The notes under the pieces: generated by a model
What the model saw: only the letters and a program-made list of their open reading frames with translations
Databases searched by the model: none
What the model was told of the DNA's origin: nothing
Part shown: positions 38,771-51,538 of the stretch, in pieces
How the letters are laid out: each line of letters opens with the position of its first letter
How positions within the stretch are numbered: position 1 is the first letter of the stretch
Assembly (NCBI GenBank): GCA_944391425.1
Contig: CALXTO010000003.1
Span: forward strand, 4,787-68,786
Direction: 5' to 3'
DNA: 64,000 bases
DNA from: an uncultured Alphaproteobacteria bacterium
GTDB taxonomy: Bacteria; Pseudomonadota; Alphaproteobacteria; RF32; CAG-239
Made by a program: the position numbers and the translations under genes

Positions 38771-40942
38771 ATGATTGTAGGTGTTTTGCTGCCGCTGCCG
38801 TTTAATGAACCTTTCGATTATAAAATTGAAGGGGAGTTTGTTTTGGGTGAGATAGTGAGAGTGCCGTTCGGCCGCGAAGTCTTGGTCGGCGTTGTCTGGA
38901 AGGCTGGCAAATCTTCCAAGCTTGATGACAGCAAAATCAAACAGGTGACGGAAAGAATCAACTTTCCGCCGCTAAGTCCTGAATTAATGAAATTTATTGA
39001 GTTCGTTGCCGCTTATAATATGGCGTTTGCCGGTATGGTGCTGAAAATGGTTTTACCGGTGCGGGGCGTGTTTGATGATCCGAAGATGAATGTTTTGTAT
39101 GAATTGTCAGGCAAAACGCTGGCCGAAGCAAAGCTTAAAAATTCCGACGCGCGCTGGCGGGTGTTGGATTTTTTGAAGTTTGCGCCGTTTGACCGCCGGG
39201 AAATTGCCGCCGGCGCCGGTGTCGGGCAGTCGGTGATCAAAACACTGATTGATGCCGGGGTGCTGCGTCCGGTATTGGTGGAAGCCAAACGGCAGTTTGC
39301 GGAACCGGTTTGCGATTTTCAAAAAGTTAAATTGACGCCTGAACAGCAGTCGGCAGCTGACTGTTTGGTCGGTAAAACCGGAACGGGGTTCAGTGTGACG
39401 CTATTGAACGGCGTAACCGGATCCGGGAAGACTGAAGTTTATTTTGAAGCTGTGTCGGCAGCGTTGCGCCAAGGGCGGCAGGTTTTGATCATGGTTCCGG
39501 AAATTGGTTTAACGTCACAATGGTTGGAACGGTTTGAGCGGCGTTTCGGTGTTAAGCCGGCAAAATGGCATTCGGCACTGGGTAACCGTGAGCGTATTGA
39601 TACCTGGAAAGCTGTTATCGAAGGGACGGCCAAAGTCTTGATCGGAGCGCGGTCGGCTTTGTTTTTGCCTTATCATAATTTGGGGTTGATTGTCGTTGAC
39701 GAAAGCCATGATCAGTCTTTTAAACAGGAGGACGCTGTCAATTATCAGGGACGGGATATGGCCGTTGTGCGCGCCAAATATGAAAACATTCCGCTGATTT
39801 TGTCAACGGCCACTCCGGATTTGGAAACGGTCGTGAATGTGGAAAACGGCAAATATGACGAAGTCAGACTTAACAGCCGTTATGCGGAAGCGCAGCTGCC
39901 GGAGATTAAAATAATTGATCTTAAGGCGGATAAACCTGTTCGGGGAGAATGGGGCGTTTCTTGGCTATCGCCGACTTTGGCGGAGGCTTTGAGGGAGAAT
40001 TGGTCCAGAGGCGAGCAGTCCATGCTGTTTTTGAACCGCCGGGGTTATGCGCCATTAGTGATCTGCCGCGATTGCGGGCACAGAATCCAATGCCCGAATT
40101 GTACCGCGTGGCTGACGGAGCACCGCCGTGCCAACAAGCTGGTTTGTCACCATTGCGGCTATATGACGCCTCTGCCCGAAGAATGTCCGGAGTGCCATTC
40201 GGAGACGGGACTGACGGCTTGCGGTCCCGGGGTGGAAAGAGTGGCCGAGGAAGTACGTTTCCGTCTGCCGGAAGCGCGGGTAAAGGTTTTATCCAGCGAT
40301 TTTACTACTAATTTTCAGGAAGTAGCCGCGGTCATTAAAGAAATGGAAGCCGGGAAAGTGGATATTTTGATCGGAACGCAGATATTGGCCAAAGGACACC
40401 ATTTTCCAAGCCTGACGCTGGTGGGAATCGTTGATGCCGACTTGGGTCTGATGGGCAGTGATTTGCGGGCAGCGGAGCGTACTTTTCAGCTTTTATCTCA
40501 GGTTTCCGGGCGTGCCGGCCGGGGTGAAAAAAAGGGGACCGTGTATTTACAAACTTTGTATCCTGAAAATGCAGTTTTAAAGGCTTTGGTTGAAAATGAC
40601 GCGGCTAAGTTTTTGGATTTGGAGAAAAAAACGCGGCGAATCCTGAAAATGCCGCCGTTCGGAAAGCTGGCGGCAGTGATTGTGTCCGGCCCCAGGCAGG
40701 AAGAGGTTGAAAAAACCGCTTTATGGCTGGGGCAGACGGCTCCGGGAGATGCCTCGGTTTCTGTTTTGGGGCCGGCGCCGGCGCCGATTTTTATGCTGCG
40801 CAACAAATATCGTTACCGCCTGCTTTTGAAAACGGCTAAAAATGTTAAAATTCAGGAAGTTTTGCGCTGTTGGCTGTCCAAAGTCAAGGTGCCGTCTTCG
40901 GTACGGGTGGAGGTTGATGTCGATCCGTACAGCTTTATGTAG
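38771..40942 (+). CDS. priA: primosomal protein N' (replication restart helicase PriA)
   Basis: Walker A GVTGSGKTEV, DESH box and a Cys-rich zinc-binding insert (CRDCGHRIQCPNCTAW...CHHCGY...CPEC). Strong SD before the ATG at 38771. Confidence 0.85.
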   Translation: MIVGVLLPLPFNEPFDYKIEGEFVLGEIVRVPFGREVLVGVVWKAGKSSKLDDSKIKQVTERINFPPLSPELMKFIEFVAAYNMAFAGMVLKMVLPVRGVFDDPKMNVLYELSGKTLAEAKLKNSDARWRVLDFLKFAPFDRREIAAGAGVGQSVIKTLIDAGVLRPVLVEAKRQFAEPVCDFQKVKLTPEQQSAADCLVGKTGTGFSVTLLNGVTGSGKTEVYFEAVSAALRQGRQVLIMVPEIGLTSQWLERFERRFGVKPAKWHSALGNRERIDTWKAVIEGTAKVLIGARSALFLPYHNLGLIVVDESHDQSFKQEDAVNYQGRDMAVVRAKYENIPLILSTATPDLETVVNVENGKYDEVRLNSRYAEAQLPEIKIIDLKADKPVRGEWGVSWLSPTLAEALRENWSRGEQSMLFLNRRGYAPLVICRDCGHRIQCPNCTAWLTEHRRANKLVCHHCGYMTPLPEECPECHSETGLTACGPGVERVAEEVRFRLPEARVKVLSSDFTTNFQEVAAVIKEMEAGKVDILIGTQILAKGHHFPSLTLVGIVDADLGLMGSDLRAAERTFQLLSQVSGRAGRGEKKGTVYLQTLYPENAVLKALVENDAAKFLDLEKKTRRILKMPPFGKLAAVIVSGPRQEEVEKTALWLGQTAPGDASVSVLGPAPAPIFMLRNKYRYRLLLKTAKNVKIQEVLRCWLSKVKVPSSVRVEVDVDPYSFM

Positions 40943-41049
40943 GCCGCACGGGGGATAACCGATTTATTTTATTGTAAATTGGTATTTCCATTAATAAATT
41001 AGAAACTAATTGATGTTTAATATGTTGTCAGTTTGAAAATTTTAAGAGC

Positions 41050-41613
41050 TTGTCAGACGTGAAAAAAGTTTCAAAAACAAAAATTGCCGCTACTTATGCA
41101 ACGGCTTTGTATGACGCCGCTTTTGAGAAGAATGTGCTTGATAAGGTTCTGGAAGATGTCCGGAAGCTTATTGAAGTATGCCGTAAGGACGATGAATTTG
41201 TCAGATATTTGGCGAATCCGGTTCTTGATGAAAGCGATAAGAAAGACGTATTGGCCAAAACGGCAAAGGTTTTGAAGCTTGATGAAGATACGCTGCGTTG
41301 CCTGGATATTATTTCCGAAAACCGGCGTTTTGGCGAACTCGCGCAAATTCTGGAGGAATTTGTGCATATTTATTATCGCCGTCACAATATTGCCGAAGCG
41401 GAGGTGGAAAGCGTCAAAAAGCTCAGTGCCGCTCAGGTAAAGAAGCTGACAGGCAATTTGGAAAAATTTTTGGGACGGAAGGTCGTAGTTTCTTATAAGA
41501 TAACGCCGGAGCTTATCGGCGGGCTGCGCATCATTTCCGGTTCACAGATGATTGACGATTCAGTCGAAAGCAAGTTAAACCGTTTGGAAATTATGATGAA
41601 AGGTGGACAATAA
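41050..41613 (+). CDS. atpH: F0F1 ATP synthase subunit delta (OSCP)
   Basis: ~185 aa; OSCP-like helical N-domain; position immediately upstream of atpA. TTG start. Confidence 0.8.
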   Translation: MSDVKKVSKTKIAATYATALYDAAFEKNVLDKVLEDVRKLIEVCRKDDEFVRYLANPVLDESDKKDVLAKTAKVLKLDEDTLRCLDIISENRRFGELAQILEEFVHIYYRRHNIAEAEVESVKKLSAAQVKKLTGNLEKFLGRKVVVSYKITPELIGGLRIISGSQMIDDSVESKLNRLEIMMKGGQ

Positions 41614-43166
41614 TGCCGGTATCAGCCAGTGAAATATCTTCCATAATCAAAGATAAAATCGCCCGTTCCGATGTCGCCGTTGACGTCGCCCAGGTCGGTC
41701 AGGTGCTTTCCGTCGGGGACGGAATTGCCCGTGTTTACGGTCTGGATGAAGTTCAGGCCGGGGAATTGGTGGAGTTTGAAAGCGGAGTCAAAGGAATGGC
41801 TCTGAATCTGGAAGAGGATAATGTCGGCGTGGTTATTTTCGGCTCTGACCAGCAGATTAAGGAAGGCGATATGGTAAAACGTACCGACCAGATTGTGAGC
41901 GTGCCGGTCGGGAAGGAAATGCTGGGACGCGTCGTTGATGCTCTGGGTGAACCTATTGACGGTTTGGGGCCCGTTAAAGCCAAAGAGTTCAGCCGTTCGG
42001 AAGTCAAGGCTCCCGGGATTATTCCGCGGCGTTCGGTACATGAACCGATGCAGACCGGATTAAAAATCGTCGACTCGCTGATTCCGATCGGCCGTGGTCA
42101 GCGCGAGTTGATTATCGGCGACCGCCAGACCGGGAAGACGGCCATTATCATGGATACCATTATCAATCAGAAAAAAATTAATGATGCCGCCAAGTCTGAG
42201 AAAGAAAAGCTTTATTGTGTGTATGTCGCGGTCGGGCAAAAGCGTTCGACGGTGGCGCAAGTGGTTAAAACGCTGAAAGACTATGGTGCGATGGATTATA
42301 CCATTGTTGTTGCCGCGACGGCTTCGGATCCGGCGCCGATGCAGTATATCGCGCCGTACTCGGGATGTGCCATGGGCGAATATTTTCGCGATAACGGTAT
42401 GCATGCGGTCATCTTTTATGATGATTTGTCTAAACAGGCGACGGCTTACCGCCAGATGTCGCTGCTTTTGCGCCGTCCGCCAGGACGAGAAGCTTATCCG
42501 GGCGACGTTTTCTATCTGCATTCCCGCTTGCTTGAGCGCGCTGCCAAGATGAGTGATGACAAAGGTGCAGGGTCTTTAACGGCGCTGCCGGTGATTGAAA
42601 CGCAGGCCGGCGATGTTTCCGCTTATATTCCGACCAATGTGATTTCGATTACAGACGGGCAGATATTTTTGGAAACCAGCCTGTTTTATCAAGGCGTACG
42701 GCCGGCTGTAAACGTCGGTATTTCCGTCAGCCGTGTCGGATCTGCCGCGCAAATTAAGGCAATGAAACAGGTAGCCGGAACCATGAAACTGGAATTGGCT
42801 CAGTATCGTGAAATGGCTTCTTTTGCACAATTTGCGTCGGATTTGGATCAATCGACCAAAAATCTGCTGGCAAGAGGCGCCCGACTGACCGAGATGCTGA
42901 AACAGCCTCAATATCGCCCGATGCCGGTGGAAGAAGAGGTGGCGGCTATTTTTGCCGGTGTCCGCGGTTTCTTGGACGGTGTTGATTTGAGCTGCGTTCG
43001 CGAGTTTGAAGAAAAAGCTTTGCAGGATTTGCGCGCTAACCATGCCGACCTGTTAAAGGAAATTGCCGACAAAAAGGTTATTTCGGAAGAACTGGAGGCT
43101 AAGCTGACGGCGTTCTACCAGAAGTTTGCCAAGCAGTTTTGCGAGGCTTCCGAAAAGGCAGCGTAG
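41613..43166 (+). CDS. atpA: F0F1 ATP synthase subunit alpha
   Basis: P-loop GDRQTGKT and the conserved alpha-subunit core. Confidence 0.95.
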   Translation: MPVSASEISSIIKDKIARSDVAVDVAQVGQVLSVGDGIARVYGLDEVQAGELVEFESGVKGMALNLEEDNVGVVIFGSDQQIKEGDMVKRTDQIVSVPVGKEMLGRVVDALGEPIDGLGPVKAKEFSRSEVKAPGIIPRRSVHEPMQTGLKIVDSLIPIGRGQRELIIGDRQTGKTAIIMDTIINQKKINDAAKSEKEKLYCVYVAVGQKRSTVAQVVKTLKDYGAMDYTIVVAATASDPAPMQYIAPYSGCAMGEYFRDNGMHAVIFYDDLSKQATAYRQMSLLLRRPPGREAYPGDVFYLHSRLLERAAKMSDDKGAGSLTALPVIETQAGDVSAYIPTNVISITDGQIFLETSLFYQGVRPAVNVGISVSRVGSAAQIKAMKQVAGTMKLELAQYREMASFAQFASDLDQSTKNLLARGARLTEMLKQPQYRPMPVEEEVAAIFAGVRGFLDGVDLSCVREFEEKALQDLRANHADLLKEIADKKVISEELEAKLTAFYQKFAKQFCEASEKAA

Positions 43167-43176
43167 GGATTAAAAC

Positions 43177-44091
43177 ATGGCAGGCTTAAAAGAGTTAAGA
43201 ACCCGTATTGAAAGCATCAAGTCGACGCAGAAGATTACTTCAGCCATGAAAATGGTAGCAGCCGCCCGGTTGCGGCGGTCGCAGGAGTTGCTGTCGCGTT
43301 CGAAAAGCTATCATGACGGTTTGACAACGATTGCCGGCAGGCTTTACAAAGACCTGAAAGCCGAAGAAAAAGCAACCGGTATAGGTATGATTTATCCGCT
43401 AATTATGCAGCCTAAACCTCTGGATGAAAATTATCTATTGGTTGCTTTTTCTTCCGATCGCGGTTTATGCGGAAGCTACAATGCCTATGTTTTGCGGGAA
43501 ACGTTAAGAAGAGTTGATGCTTTGCGTCACGAAGGCAAGAATGTTAAGGTTCTGTGCATCGGCAAGAAAATCGGTGATGCTTTGCGGCGCCGTTATCCCG
43601 AAACGGTTTATGAGGTGATGACCGGAGTTGCGGCCAAGGGCGCAAGCTACCGGGAAGCTGAGCGTATTGCGGAGACGTTGCTTTCCGTTTATATGGTTGG
43701 CGACTTTGATGTGTGTGAGGTAATTTATACGCATTTCAATTCCGCGGTTAACCGGGAAGTGCAGCGACGTCAGTTTCTGCCTTTTGAACTGCACATAGAT
43801 GAAGAAGATCCCCGTTATGACGACAAGTACGGAGAAGCATTTTACGAATATGACGCATCAAAGGAAAAGGTCTTCAACGATGTGGTGTTTATGTTGGTCG
43901 TGGCGGATTTGTTTCAGGCGTTGCTGAACTCCCAGACATCGGAACACGGAGCGCGGATGACTTCCATGGACAATGCTACCCGCAACGCCAAAGACATGAT
44001 TTCGAAACTTACTCTGAAATATAACAGGATGCGTCAGACGGCGATTACTACGGAACTGACCGAAATTATATCCGGTGCCGAGGCATTGTAG
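43177..44091 (+). CDS. atpG: F0F1 ATP synthase subunit gamma
   Basis: MAGLKELRTRIESIKSTQKITSAMKMVAAARLRR N-terminal helix and C-terminal ...TTELTEIISGAEAL. Confidence 0.9.
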   Translation: MAGLKELRTRIESIKSTQKITSAMKMVAAARLRRSQELLSRSKSYHDGLTTIAGRLYKDLKAEEKATGIGMIYPLIMQPKPLDENYLLVAFSSDRGLCGSYNAYVLRETLRRVDALRHEGKNVKVLCIGKKIGDALRRRYPETVYEVMTGVAAKGASYREAERIAETLLSVYMVGDFDVCEVIYTHFNSAVNREVQRRQFLPFELHIDEEDPRYDDKYGEAFYEYDASKEKVFNDVVFMLVVADLFQALLNSQTSEHGARMTSMDNATRNAKDMISKLTLKYNRMRQTAITTELTEIISGAEAL

Positions 44092-44122
44092 GATTTTTAA
44101 AGTTTGTAACAGGAGAAAATAA

Positions 44123-45748
<1,626 letters not shown>

Positions 45749-45765
45749 CCCGCAAGAGAGGCGTT

Positions 45766-46260
45766 ATGGCATATGAAATCAGGCTGAAAATTTCGACTCC
45801 TTCCAAGGTATATTTGGAAACCGAAGCCGCCAGTGTTATTATTCCGGCGGTGCGGGCGGATATTAATATTTTGCCGCGCCGGGCGCCGAGCGTGTTTGTG
45901 CTGGATTTCGGAGTATTGCAGATATTGGATCGGAGCGGAGCCGTGAGCGACCGTTATTTTATTCAGTCCGGTATGGCTGAAGTGGCGGATAATCAGTGCC
46001 ATGTTATGACTCAGGGAATTATTCCGTATGAAGACATTACTTTCGATGAAGCCAAAAAGCGGATCGAAACAGCCCATGATGAACAAGGAAGGTTATTCTT
46101 CCAGATGATTTTGGATACCCAACTTGGTATTCACCGCCGCTATCTGCGGACGTTGAAGTTGTTTTCAGAAAAAACAGGGCAGCCGATGACGCAAGAAGAA
46201 ATAATTGCCAGTATCAAAGCCGATTTGGAAAATTTGAGGCAAAATCAAGATCAGTGGTAA
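45766..46260 (+). CDS. atpC: F0F1 ATP synthase subunit epsilon (long C-terminal domain)
   Basis: Position after atpD, N-terminal beta-sandwich pattern, 164 aa. Confidence 0.7.
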   Translation: MAYEIRLKISTPSKVYLETEAASVIIPAVRADINILPRRAPSVFVLDFGVLQILDRSGAVSDRYFIQSGMAEVADNQCHVMTQGIIPYEDITFDEAKKRIETAHDEQGRLFFQMILDTQLGIHRRYLRTLKLFSEKTGQPMTQEEIIASIKADLENLRQNQDQW

Positions 46261-46261
46261 G

Positions 46262-46293
46262 AAAAACCGTCCGGAAACGGACGGTTTTTTTTG
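46262..46293 (+). terminator. atp operon terminator
   Basis: accgtccg-gaaa-cggacggt followed by an 8-nt T-run. Confidence 0.75.
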
Positions 46294-46371
46294 TGGAAAA
46301 GTTTTTCCTGTTTGTTGCTTGTTTGGCAATGATTAATATATTGTCGATATAGGTAATCAAAGAGGACAACC

Positions 46372-48288
46372 ATGGATAAAGTAAGCCTGACCGCCAGCAT
46401 GAGGAGCAATTTGCTGAGCCTGCAAAATATCAGCAGGCAGGTTGATTCTACCCAAAACAGATTGTCCACCGGTAAAAAAGTTAACTCCGCAATTGACAAT
46501 CCTTCCTCTTATTACACGGCGCGCAGCTTAAGCAACCGTGCCAGCGACTTGGATGCTTTGCTGGACTCTATGGGACAGGCGGTATCGACGATTAAGGCCG
46601 CAACTACGTCCTTGGAAACGGCAGCTGATTTCTTGGAGCAGGCCGCGGCGGTAGCCACGCAGGCGTTGGAAAAAATGAGTGTGCCGGATATTTCGTTTTT
46701 TGAGCAGCAAGATGGTGTTGCAGCCGTTGTTTCCGACTGGACCGGGTTAAAAGCAGCTCTAGACAGCGGAGTAAAAGGAAATATCGTTATTTATGGCAAT
46801 ATTGTTTGTAAGGAATCCGTTTCCCTCAATGAAGGACAAAACCTGGTTGGTGTAGGCTATTATGGTTCATTTGATTCAGAAGTTGACAAATTTTCTCAAC
46901 TCAATTTTGATTTAAATGCAACCGGTGCGCAAAATGCCATTAAGACCAATGCCGACAATCTGCTTATTGCAGATCTTTCAATCAAATCCGTCATGAATGG
47001 CGAAGTATCCAGCAGCATAATTGCATTTGGCCAAACGTCGCGACAGGTATTGCATAATGTTGATCTGATGATGGATAATACGTTTATGCCGGATTATCGA
47101 ACCAATAAGATTTCGGCTGCGGCAATTACTTCAGGAGAAATAACTCTCACCGGAAAAAACAGTATTTATTCTCTGACCAATCAGGACAATGTAATCATTT
47201 CTTACGGTATTAATGTCGGCAACACAATTTTGAACGGCACGTTAAACATTTGTCTGTCCGATATTTTTGCGCGAGGCATTGCCTATGGCGAGCTTATTGT
47301 TGCAAATACTTCAGAATTAAACATATATACCATGTTTCGCGGAATTGAAAGTTGTACTGCTGCATTTAACGATGACAGTCTGGTGAGAATTCACAGTTGC
47401 AACAACGGCGGACTGGTTTACGGAGACTATAGTTTCAACGACAATTCCCGGGTTGAGTTAAGCGGAGATATGGCTTTCGTAGCCTATAATGGTAATTCTT
47501 TTTCTACAATTTTAAATATTAATTCCGTAAACAGCGAAATTGCCATTAATACCAATATGCTTTTTTATCAGGAACAAAATGGAATTTTGGCTTTTAATGT
47601 TGTTGCCGGCAGCAAAATAAATTTAAAAGGCAAAACTTTTGCGGCAGAAAAAGAGTTTCATGAGAGTACGGCAACATCCGGAAACAACATTCCAGCGGAT
47701 TACAAAGAAACAGACAAAGAAATAGCTCCAGCGGAAAAAGAGCTTAACTGGCTCTTTGAAAAAAACGCTGAACGGAAAATCAACTATGTTTATACTAATG
47801 AAATAACTCAAAGCGGAAAGTGCTATAGTGAAATTTTGAGTCAATACGATTCCTTAATCAAAGACAGTAGTTACAAAGGCGTCAATTTGCTGCAGGAACA
47901 GGATTTGAAAGTCACCTTTAACGAAAGCCGCAGCGCCTGGCTGGATGTTAAAGGCAAAGATGCGTCTTCCGCCGCTCTGGGAATTAAAACAGTGGAATGG
48001 CAGACACAGGAAGATGTGGTTGCCGCCGTGAAAGAACTGACCGGTGCCTTAAATAAAATCCGCAACATGTCAGCGGAACTGGGCAGTTATTACAACATCG
48101 TGCTGAACCATCAGGATTTTACCGAAAACTTAATCAATGTGTTGGAAGAAGGTGCAGACAAGTTGACCCTGGCAGACATGAATGAAGAAAGCGCCAATAT
48201 GCTGGCTTTGCAAACCCGCCAGCAACTGGCAACCAATTCTCTCTCGCTCGCCTCCCAAGCCGCCCAGTCTATTTTGAGACTGTTCTAG
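46372..48288 (+). CDS. flagellin-family protein (alphaproteobacterial-type conserved termini) with an expanded ~440-aa central domain
   Basis: N-terminus (...LSLQNISRQVDSTQNRLSTGKKVNSAIDNPSSYYTA...) and C-terminus (...TLADMNEESANMLALQTRQQLATNSLSLASQAAQSILRLF) match flagellin D0/D1 helices. The central region is Asn/Gly/Ser-rich and repeat-like, possibly a beta-helix. Confidence 0.7.
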   Translation: MDKVSLTASMRSNLLSLQNISRQVDSTQNRLSTGKKVNSAIDNPSSYYTARSLSNRASDLDALLDSMGQAVSTIKAATTSLETAADFLEQAAAVATQALEKMSVPDISFFEQQDGVAAVVSDWTGLKAALDSGVKGNIVIYGNIVCKESVSLNEGQNLVGVGYYGSFDSEVDKFSQLNFDLNATGAQNAIKTNADNLLIADLSIKSVMNGEVSSSIIAFGQTSRQVLHNVDLMMDNTFMPDYRTNKISAAAITSGEITLTGKNSIYSLTNQDNVIISYGINVGNTILNGTLNICLSDIFARGIAYGELIVANTSELNIYTMFRGIESCTAAFNDDSLVRIHSCNNGGLVYGDYSFNDNSRVELSGDMAFVAYNGNSFSTILNINSVNSEIAINTNMLFYQEQNGILAFNVVAGSKINLKGKTFAAEKEFHESTATSGNNIPADYKETDKEIAPAEKELNWLFEKNAERKINYVYTNEITQSGKCYSEILSQYDSLIKDSSYKGVNLLQEQDLKVTFNESRSAWLDVKGKDASSAALGIKTVEWQTQEDVVAAVKELTGALNKIRNMSAELGSYYNIVLNHQDFTENLINVLEEGADKLTLADMNEESANMLALQTRQQLATNSLSLASQAAQSILRLF

Positions 48289-48398
48289 GTTTTTACATAA
48301 TATCTTATGCTATGCGCCCAGGTAATTTAGTATGGACGATTTTGATGCTTATATTGAAGCCTGTCGGAAAAATCGTTTTCCGGGCTGCGGCGTTTGTC

Positions 48399-48425
48399 CG
48401 CGCTGATAATCTGCATAGAAAAGCC
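48399..48425. terminator. recA terminator (possibly bidirectional)
   Basis: gccccgctgg-ttt-ccagcggggc 10-bp stem, followed by tttt on the minus strand. Confidence 0.65.
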
Positions 48426-48465
48426 CCGCTGGTTTCCAGCGGGGCAGGGAGTTAGTGTTTATTTT

Positions 48466-49497
48466 TTATTCACTGTCTTCGACCGGGCCGTCACCACCAA
48501 TCATTTCGGTGCTTAAGTGGCCGGCGTCAGCTTTGATTTTGTTTTCAATTTCCAGAGCGACGTCAGGATGGTCACGCAAAAAGATTTTGGCATTTTCGCG
48601 TCCCTGACCGAGCTTTTCGCCATTATAGGCAAACCAGGCACCGGATTTTTCAACAACATTGGCTTTAACGCCCAAATCAATTAATTCGCCGGTTTTGGAG
48701 ATGCCTTCGCCGTACATGATATCAAAATCAATGACTTTAAACGGAGGAGCCACTTTGTTTTTAACGATTTTGACTCTGGTTTGGCTGCCGATAACATCTT
48801 CTTTGTCTTTGATTTTACCGATGCTGCGGATGTCAATGCGGACAGAAGCGTAAAATTTAAGTGCGTTGCCGCCGGTGGTCGTTTCGGGATTGCCGAACAT
48901 AACGCCGATTTTCATACGGATCTGGTTAATGAAGATGACCAGAGTGTTGGAACGGGCGATTGTTGACGTGAGTTTGCGCAGGGCCTGACTCATCAGGCGG
49001 GCTTGCAATCCCATATGGGAATCGCCCATTTCGCCTTCAAGCTCGGCTTTGGGGACCAACGCGGCAACCGAATCGACAACCAGAACGTCGATGGCGCCGG
49101 AACGTACCAGAGTGTCGGTGATTTCAAGCGCCTGTTCGCCGGCATCGGGTTGGGAAATCAGCAGATTTTCGATGTCAACGCCGATTTTTTTGGCATAAGA
49201 GGGGTCAAGGGCATGTTCGGCATCAATAAAAGCGCAGGTTCCGCCTTTTTTCTGAGCCTGAGCGATGACGCTCAGGGCCAGTGTTGTTTTACCGGAACTT
49301 TCGGGACCGTAAATTTCTACGATACGGCCACGGGGAAGCCCTCCGATGCCCAGAGCCATGTCGAGCCCCAGAGAGCCGGTGGAAATTCCTTCAATGTCAA
49401 CGTGGGCGTTGTCCTGTCCCAGTCTCATGATGGAGCCTTTGCCGAAAGCCTTTTCAATCTGGCTCAGGGCGGCGTCCAGTGCTTTATCTTTATCCAT
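48466..49497 (-). CDS. recA: recombinase RecA
   Basis: Walker [10 protein letters not shown] and an unmistakable RecA core. Confidence 0.95.
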   Translation of the reverse strand: MDKDKALDAALSQIEKAFGKGSIMRLGQDNAHVDIEGISTGSLGLDMALGIGGLPRGRIVEIYGPESSGKTTLALSVIAQAQKKGGTCAFIDAEHALDPSYAKKIGVDIENLLISQPDAGEQALEITDTLVRSGAIDVLVVDSVAALVPKAELEGEMGDSHMGLQARLMSQALRKLTSTIARSNTLVIFINQIRMKIGVMFGNPETTTGGNALKFYASVRIDIRSIGKIKDKEDVIGSQTRVKIVKNKVAPPFKVIDFDIMYGEGISKTGELIDLGVKANVVEKSGAWFAYNGEKLGQGRENAKIFLRDHPDVALEIENKIKADAGHLSTEMIGGDGPVEDSE

Positions 49498-49548
49498 GCT
49501 GTAACTCCTTGATGGTTGGTTCGGTGTTTTTACTGTTGATACTATGTT

Positions 49549-50496
49549 CTATTTTTGTTCTTTTTGCAAGAACTTTTTTGCATGATGTTTGTTTTTTTTG
49601 CGATAGGGAATGGCAGGCCTTGATTCTGCGGCGTTTTCATCTTCTTCTCGGTATTCTCCGAGGGCGGCGGTAACGACGGCGCCGAAAATGACGACAACCC
49701 AGATGAGATAGAGCCAGACCAGCATCAGCGGGATGGCAGCCAGCGCGCCGTAAAGCGTTGTATAGGTCGAACCGAGGCTCATGGCGTGTCCGAAGAACTG
49801 ACGCATCAGATAAAATAAAAAGACGGCGACCAGAGCTCCGCCGAGCGCATTGGATATTTTGACTTTTTTATTTGGGACCAGCACATAGAGCAAAACCAGA
49901 GCTAAGGTCGTGAAGAATGTGGGGATAATTGTACTGAGGTAAAATTCGGCGCTGATAAAATAGTCCGGCATGAATTTTTGCAGGGTATAAACATATCCGC
50001 GCATGGAAAAGCCGGCACCCAGCAAGAGGGGACCCAGCGTGATGACCGTCCAATACAAAGTGATTTTGGTTTTGATGTTGCGGGATTTATATACTTTAAA
50101 GATAAAGTTGAGGCTGTTTTCAATGGTGGAGAGCAACAGGATTGCGGTGACGACGATGCCGATGACGCCCATGGCCGTCAGTTTGGCTGTTGCCGTAATG
50201 AAGTCGTTGAGGTATGAACTGACTTCCTGTTCAATGTCGGGCACCAGGTTTTGCAGCAGCAGCGCTTGCAGCTGTTCTTTGACTTCACTGAAAACGGGAA
50301 AAGCCGAAAAGATAGCCAGTCCGATGGCCAGAAGGGGAACCAGAGCAATCAGCGAGGTGTAGCTGAGAGAAGAAGCAACGCGGAGAATCGTATCGCTCTG
50401 CGCTCTCCGGAACAGAAAACTTAAAAATTTTCGGGCTGTGGAACCGTAGCGGCAGATGATGTTAGCGAGCGGCCGGAGGTATTTATTAAGATACAT
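49549..50496 (-). CDS. YihY/BrkB family inner membrane protein
   Basis: Six TM helices; the ...LSYTSLIALVPLLAI... pattern of the YihY (formerly RNase BN) family. Confidence 0.7.
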   Translation of the reverse strand: MYLNKYLRPLANIICRYGSTARKFLSFLFRRAQSDTILRVASSLSYTSLIALVPLLAIGLAIFSAFPVFSEVKEQLQALLLQNLVPDIEQEVSSYLNDFITATAKLTAMGVIGIVVTAILLLSTIENSLNFIFKVYKSRNIKTKITLYWTVITLGPLLLGAGFSMRGYVYTLQKFMPDYFISAEFYLSTIIPTFFTTLALVLLYVLVPNKKVKISNALGGALVAVFLFYLMRQFFGHAMSLGSTYTTLYGALAAIPLMLVWLYLIWVVVIFGAVVTAALGEYREEDENAAESRPAIPYRKKNKHHAKKFLQKEQK

Positions 50497-50614
50497 ACTG
50501 CACCTGTTAAAAAAAATATTTACAAATTAATCTAAATTTTATAGAAGTCTATTCAAGAATTCAAGTTATTTAACTGGATTGTTAATTGTGTAAACAGTAG
50601 TAAAGGAAGACGTT

Positions 50615-51442
50615 ATGACTGGAACTACGGCTTTGATGGCCGGCAAAAAAGGTCTGATTATGGGCCTCGCCAACGATAAATCAATTGCCTGGGGTATTGC
50701 TCAGGCTCTGGATGCGCAAGGGGCGCAGATTGCAATTTCTTATCAGAACGAAGCTCTGGAAAAACGGGTTCAGCCGCTGGCTGCCCAGCTGCAAAAAGAA
50801 TCCCTGCTGATTAAGTGCGATGTTTCAGATTCCGCCAGTGTGGAAGCCTGCTTTAAGGAATTGGGCGAAAAGTGGGGCAAAATTGATTTTCTGGTCCATG
50901 CCATAGCTTTTTCCGATAAAAACCAGCTGAAAGGGCGCACGATTGATACGACCCGCGAAAACTTCGGCATGACGATGGATATTTCATGTTTTTCGTTTAT
51001 TGAAGCCTGCAAATATGCATCCGGTATTATGAACGAAGGCGGTTCGATCGTTACATTGACTTATATGGGCAGCGAACGCGTTTTGCCGAACTATAATATT
51101 ATGGGAGTTGCCAAAGCCGCTTTGGAGGCTTCCGTTCGCTATGCCGCTGTGGATCTTGGGGCGCAGGGTGTCCGTGTTAACGCGATTTCCGCCGGACCGA
51201 TTAAAACACTGGCCGCTTCCGGAATTGGCGATTTTCGCAAAATTCTGCATTGGAATGAATTGAATGCTCCGCTTTTGCGCAATGTAACCCAGGAAGAAGT
51301 CGGCATGGCCGCGTTGGGGCTGTTGTCCGCCTGCGGAACCGGTATTACGGGCGAAGTTGTTCATGTTGACTGCGGTTATCATATTCAGGGCATGCTGAAT
51401 TTGGCCAATGCTCAGGCTACCGCGGAAATGCTGAAAGAATAA
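50615..51442 (+). CDS. fabI: enoyl-ACP reductase (NADH)
   Basis: GKKGLIMGLANDKSIAWGIAQAL Rossmann motif; the SDR Y-x6-K. Confidence 0.9.
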   Translation: MTGTTALMAGKKGLIMGLANDKSIAWGIAQALDAQGAQIAISYQNEALEKRVQPLAAQLQKESLLIKCDVSDSASVEACFKELGEKWGKIDFLVHAIAFSDKNQLKGRTIDTTRENFGMTMDISCFSFIEACKYASGIMNEGGSIVTLTYMGSERVLPNYNIMGVAKAALEASVRYAAVDLGAQGVRVNAISAGPIKTLAASGIGDFRKILHWNELNAPLLRNVTQEEVGMAALGLLSACGTGITGEVVHVDCGYHIQGMLNLANAQATAEMLKE

Positions 51443-51499
51443 AGTTGCTAAAAACTTTGAATTAGGTGTTGTGCGGAGCACGGCATCCCGTTATTATAA

Positions 51500-51530
51500 A
51501 GGCCATTGATAAAATGGCCTTTATTGTTGT
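51500..51530 (+). terminator. possible fabI terminator
   Basis: aggccatt-gataa-aatggcct followed by ttattgttgt. Confidence 0.4.
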
Positions 51531-51538
51531 GAGAAGGA

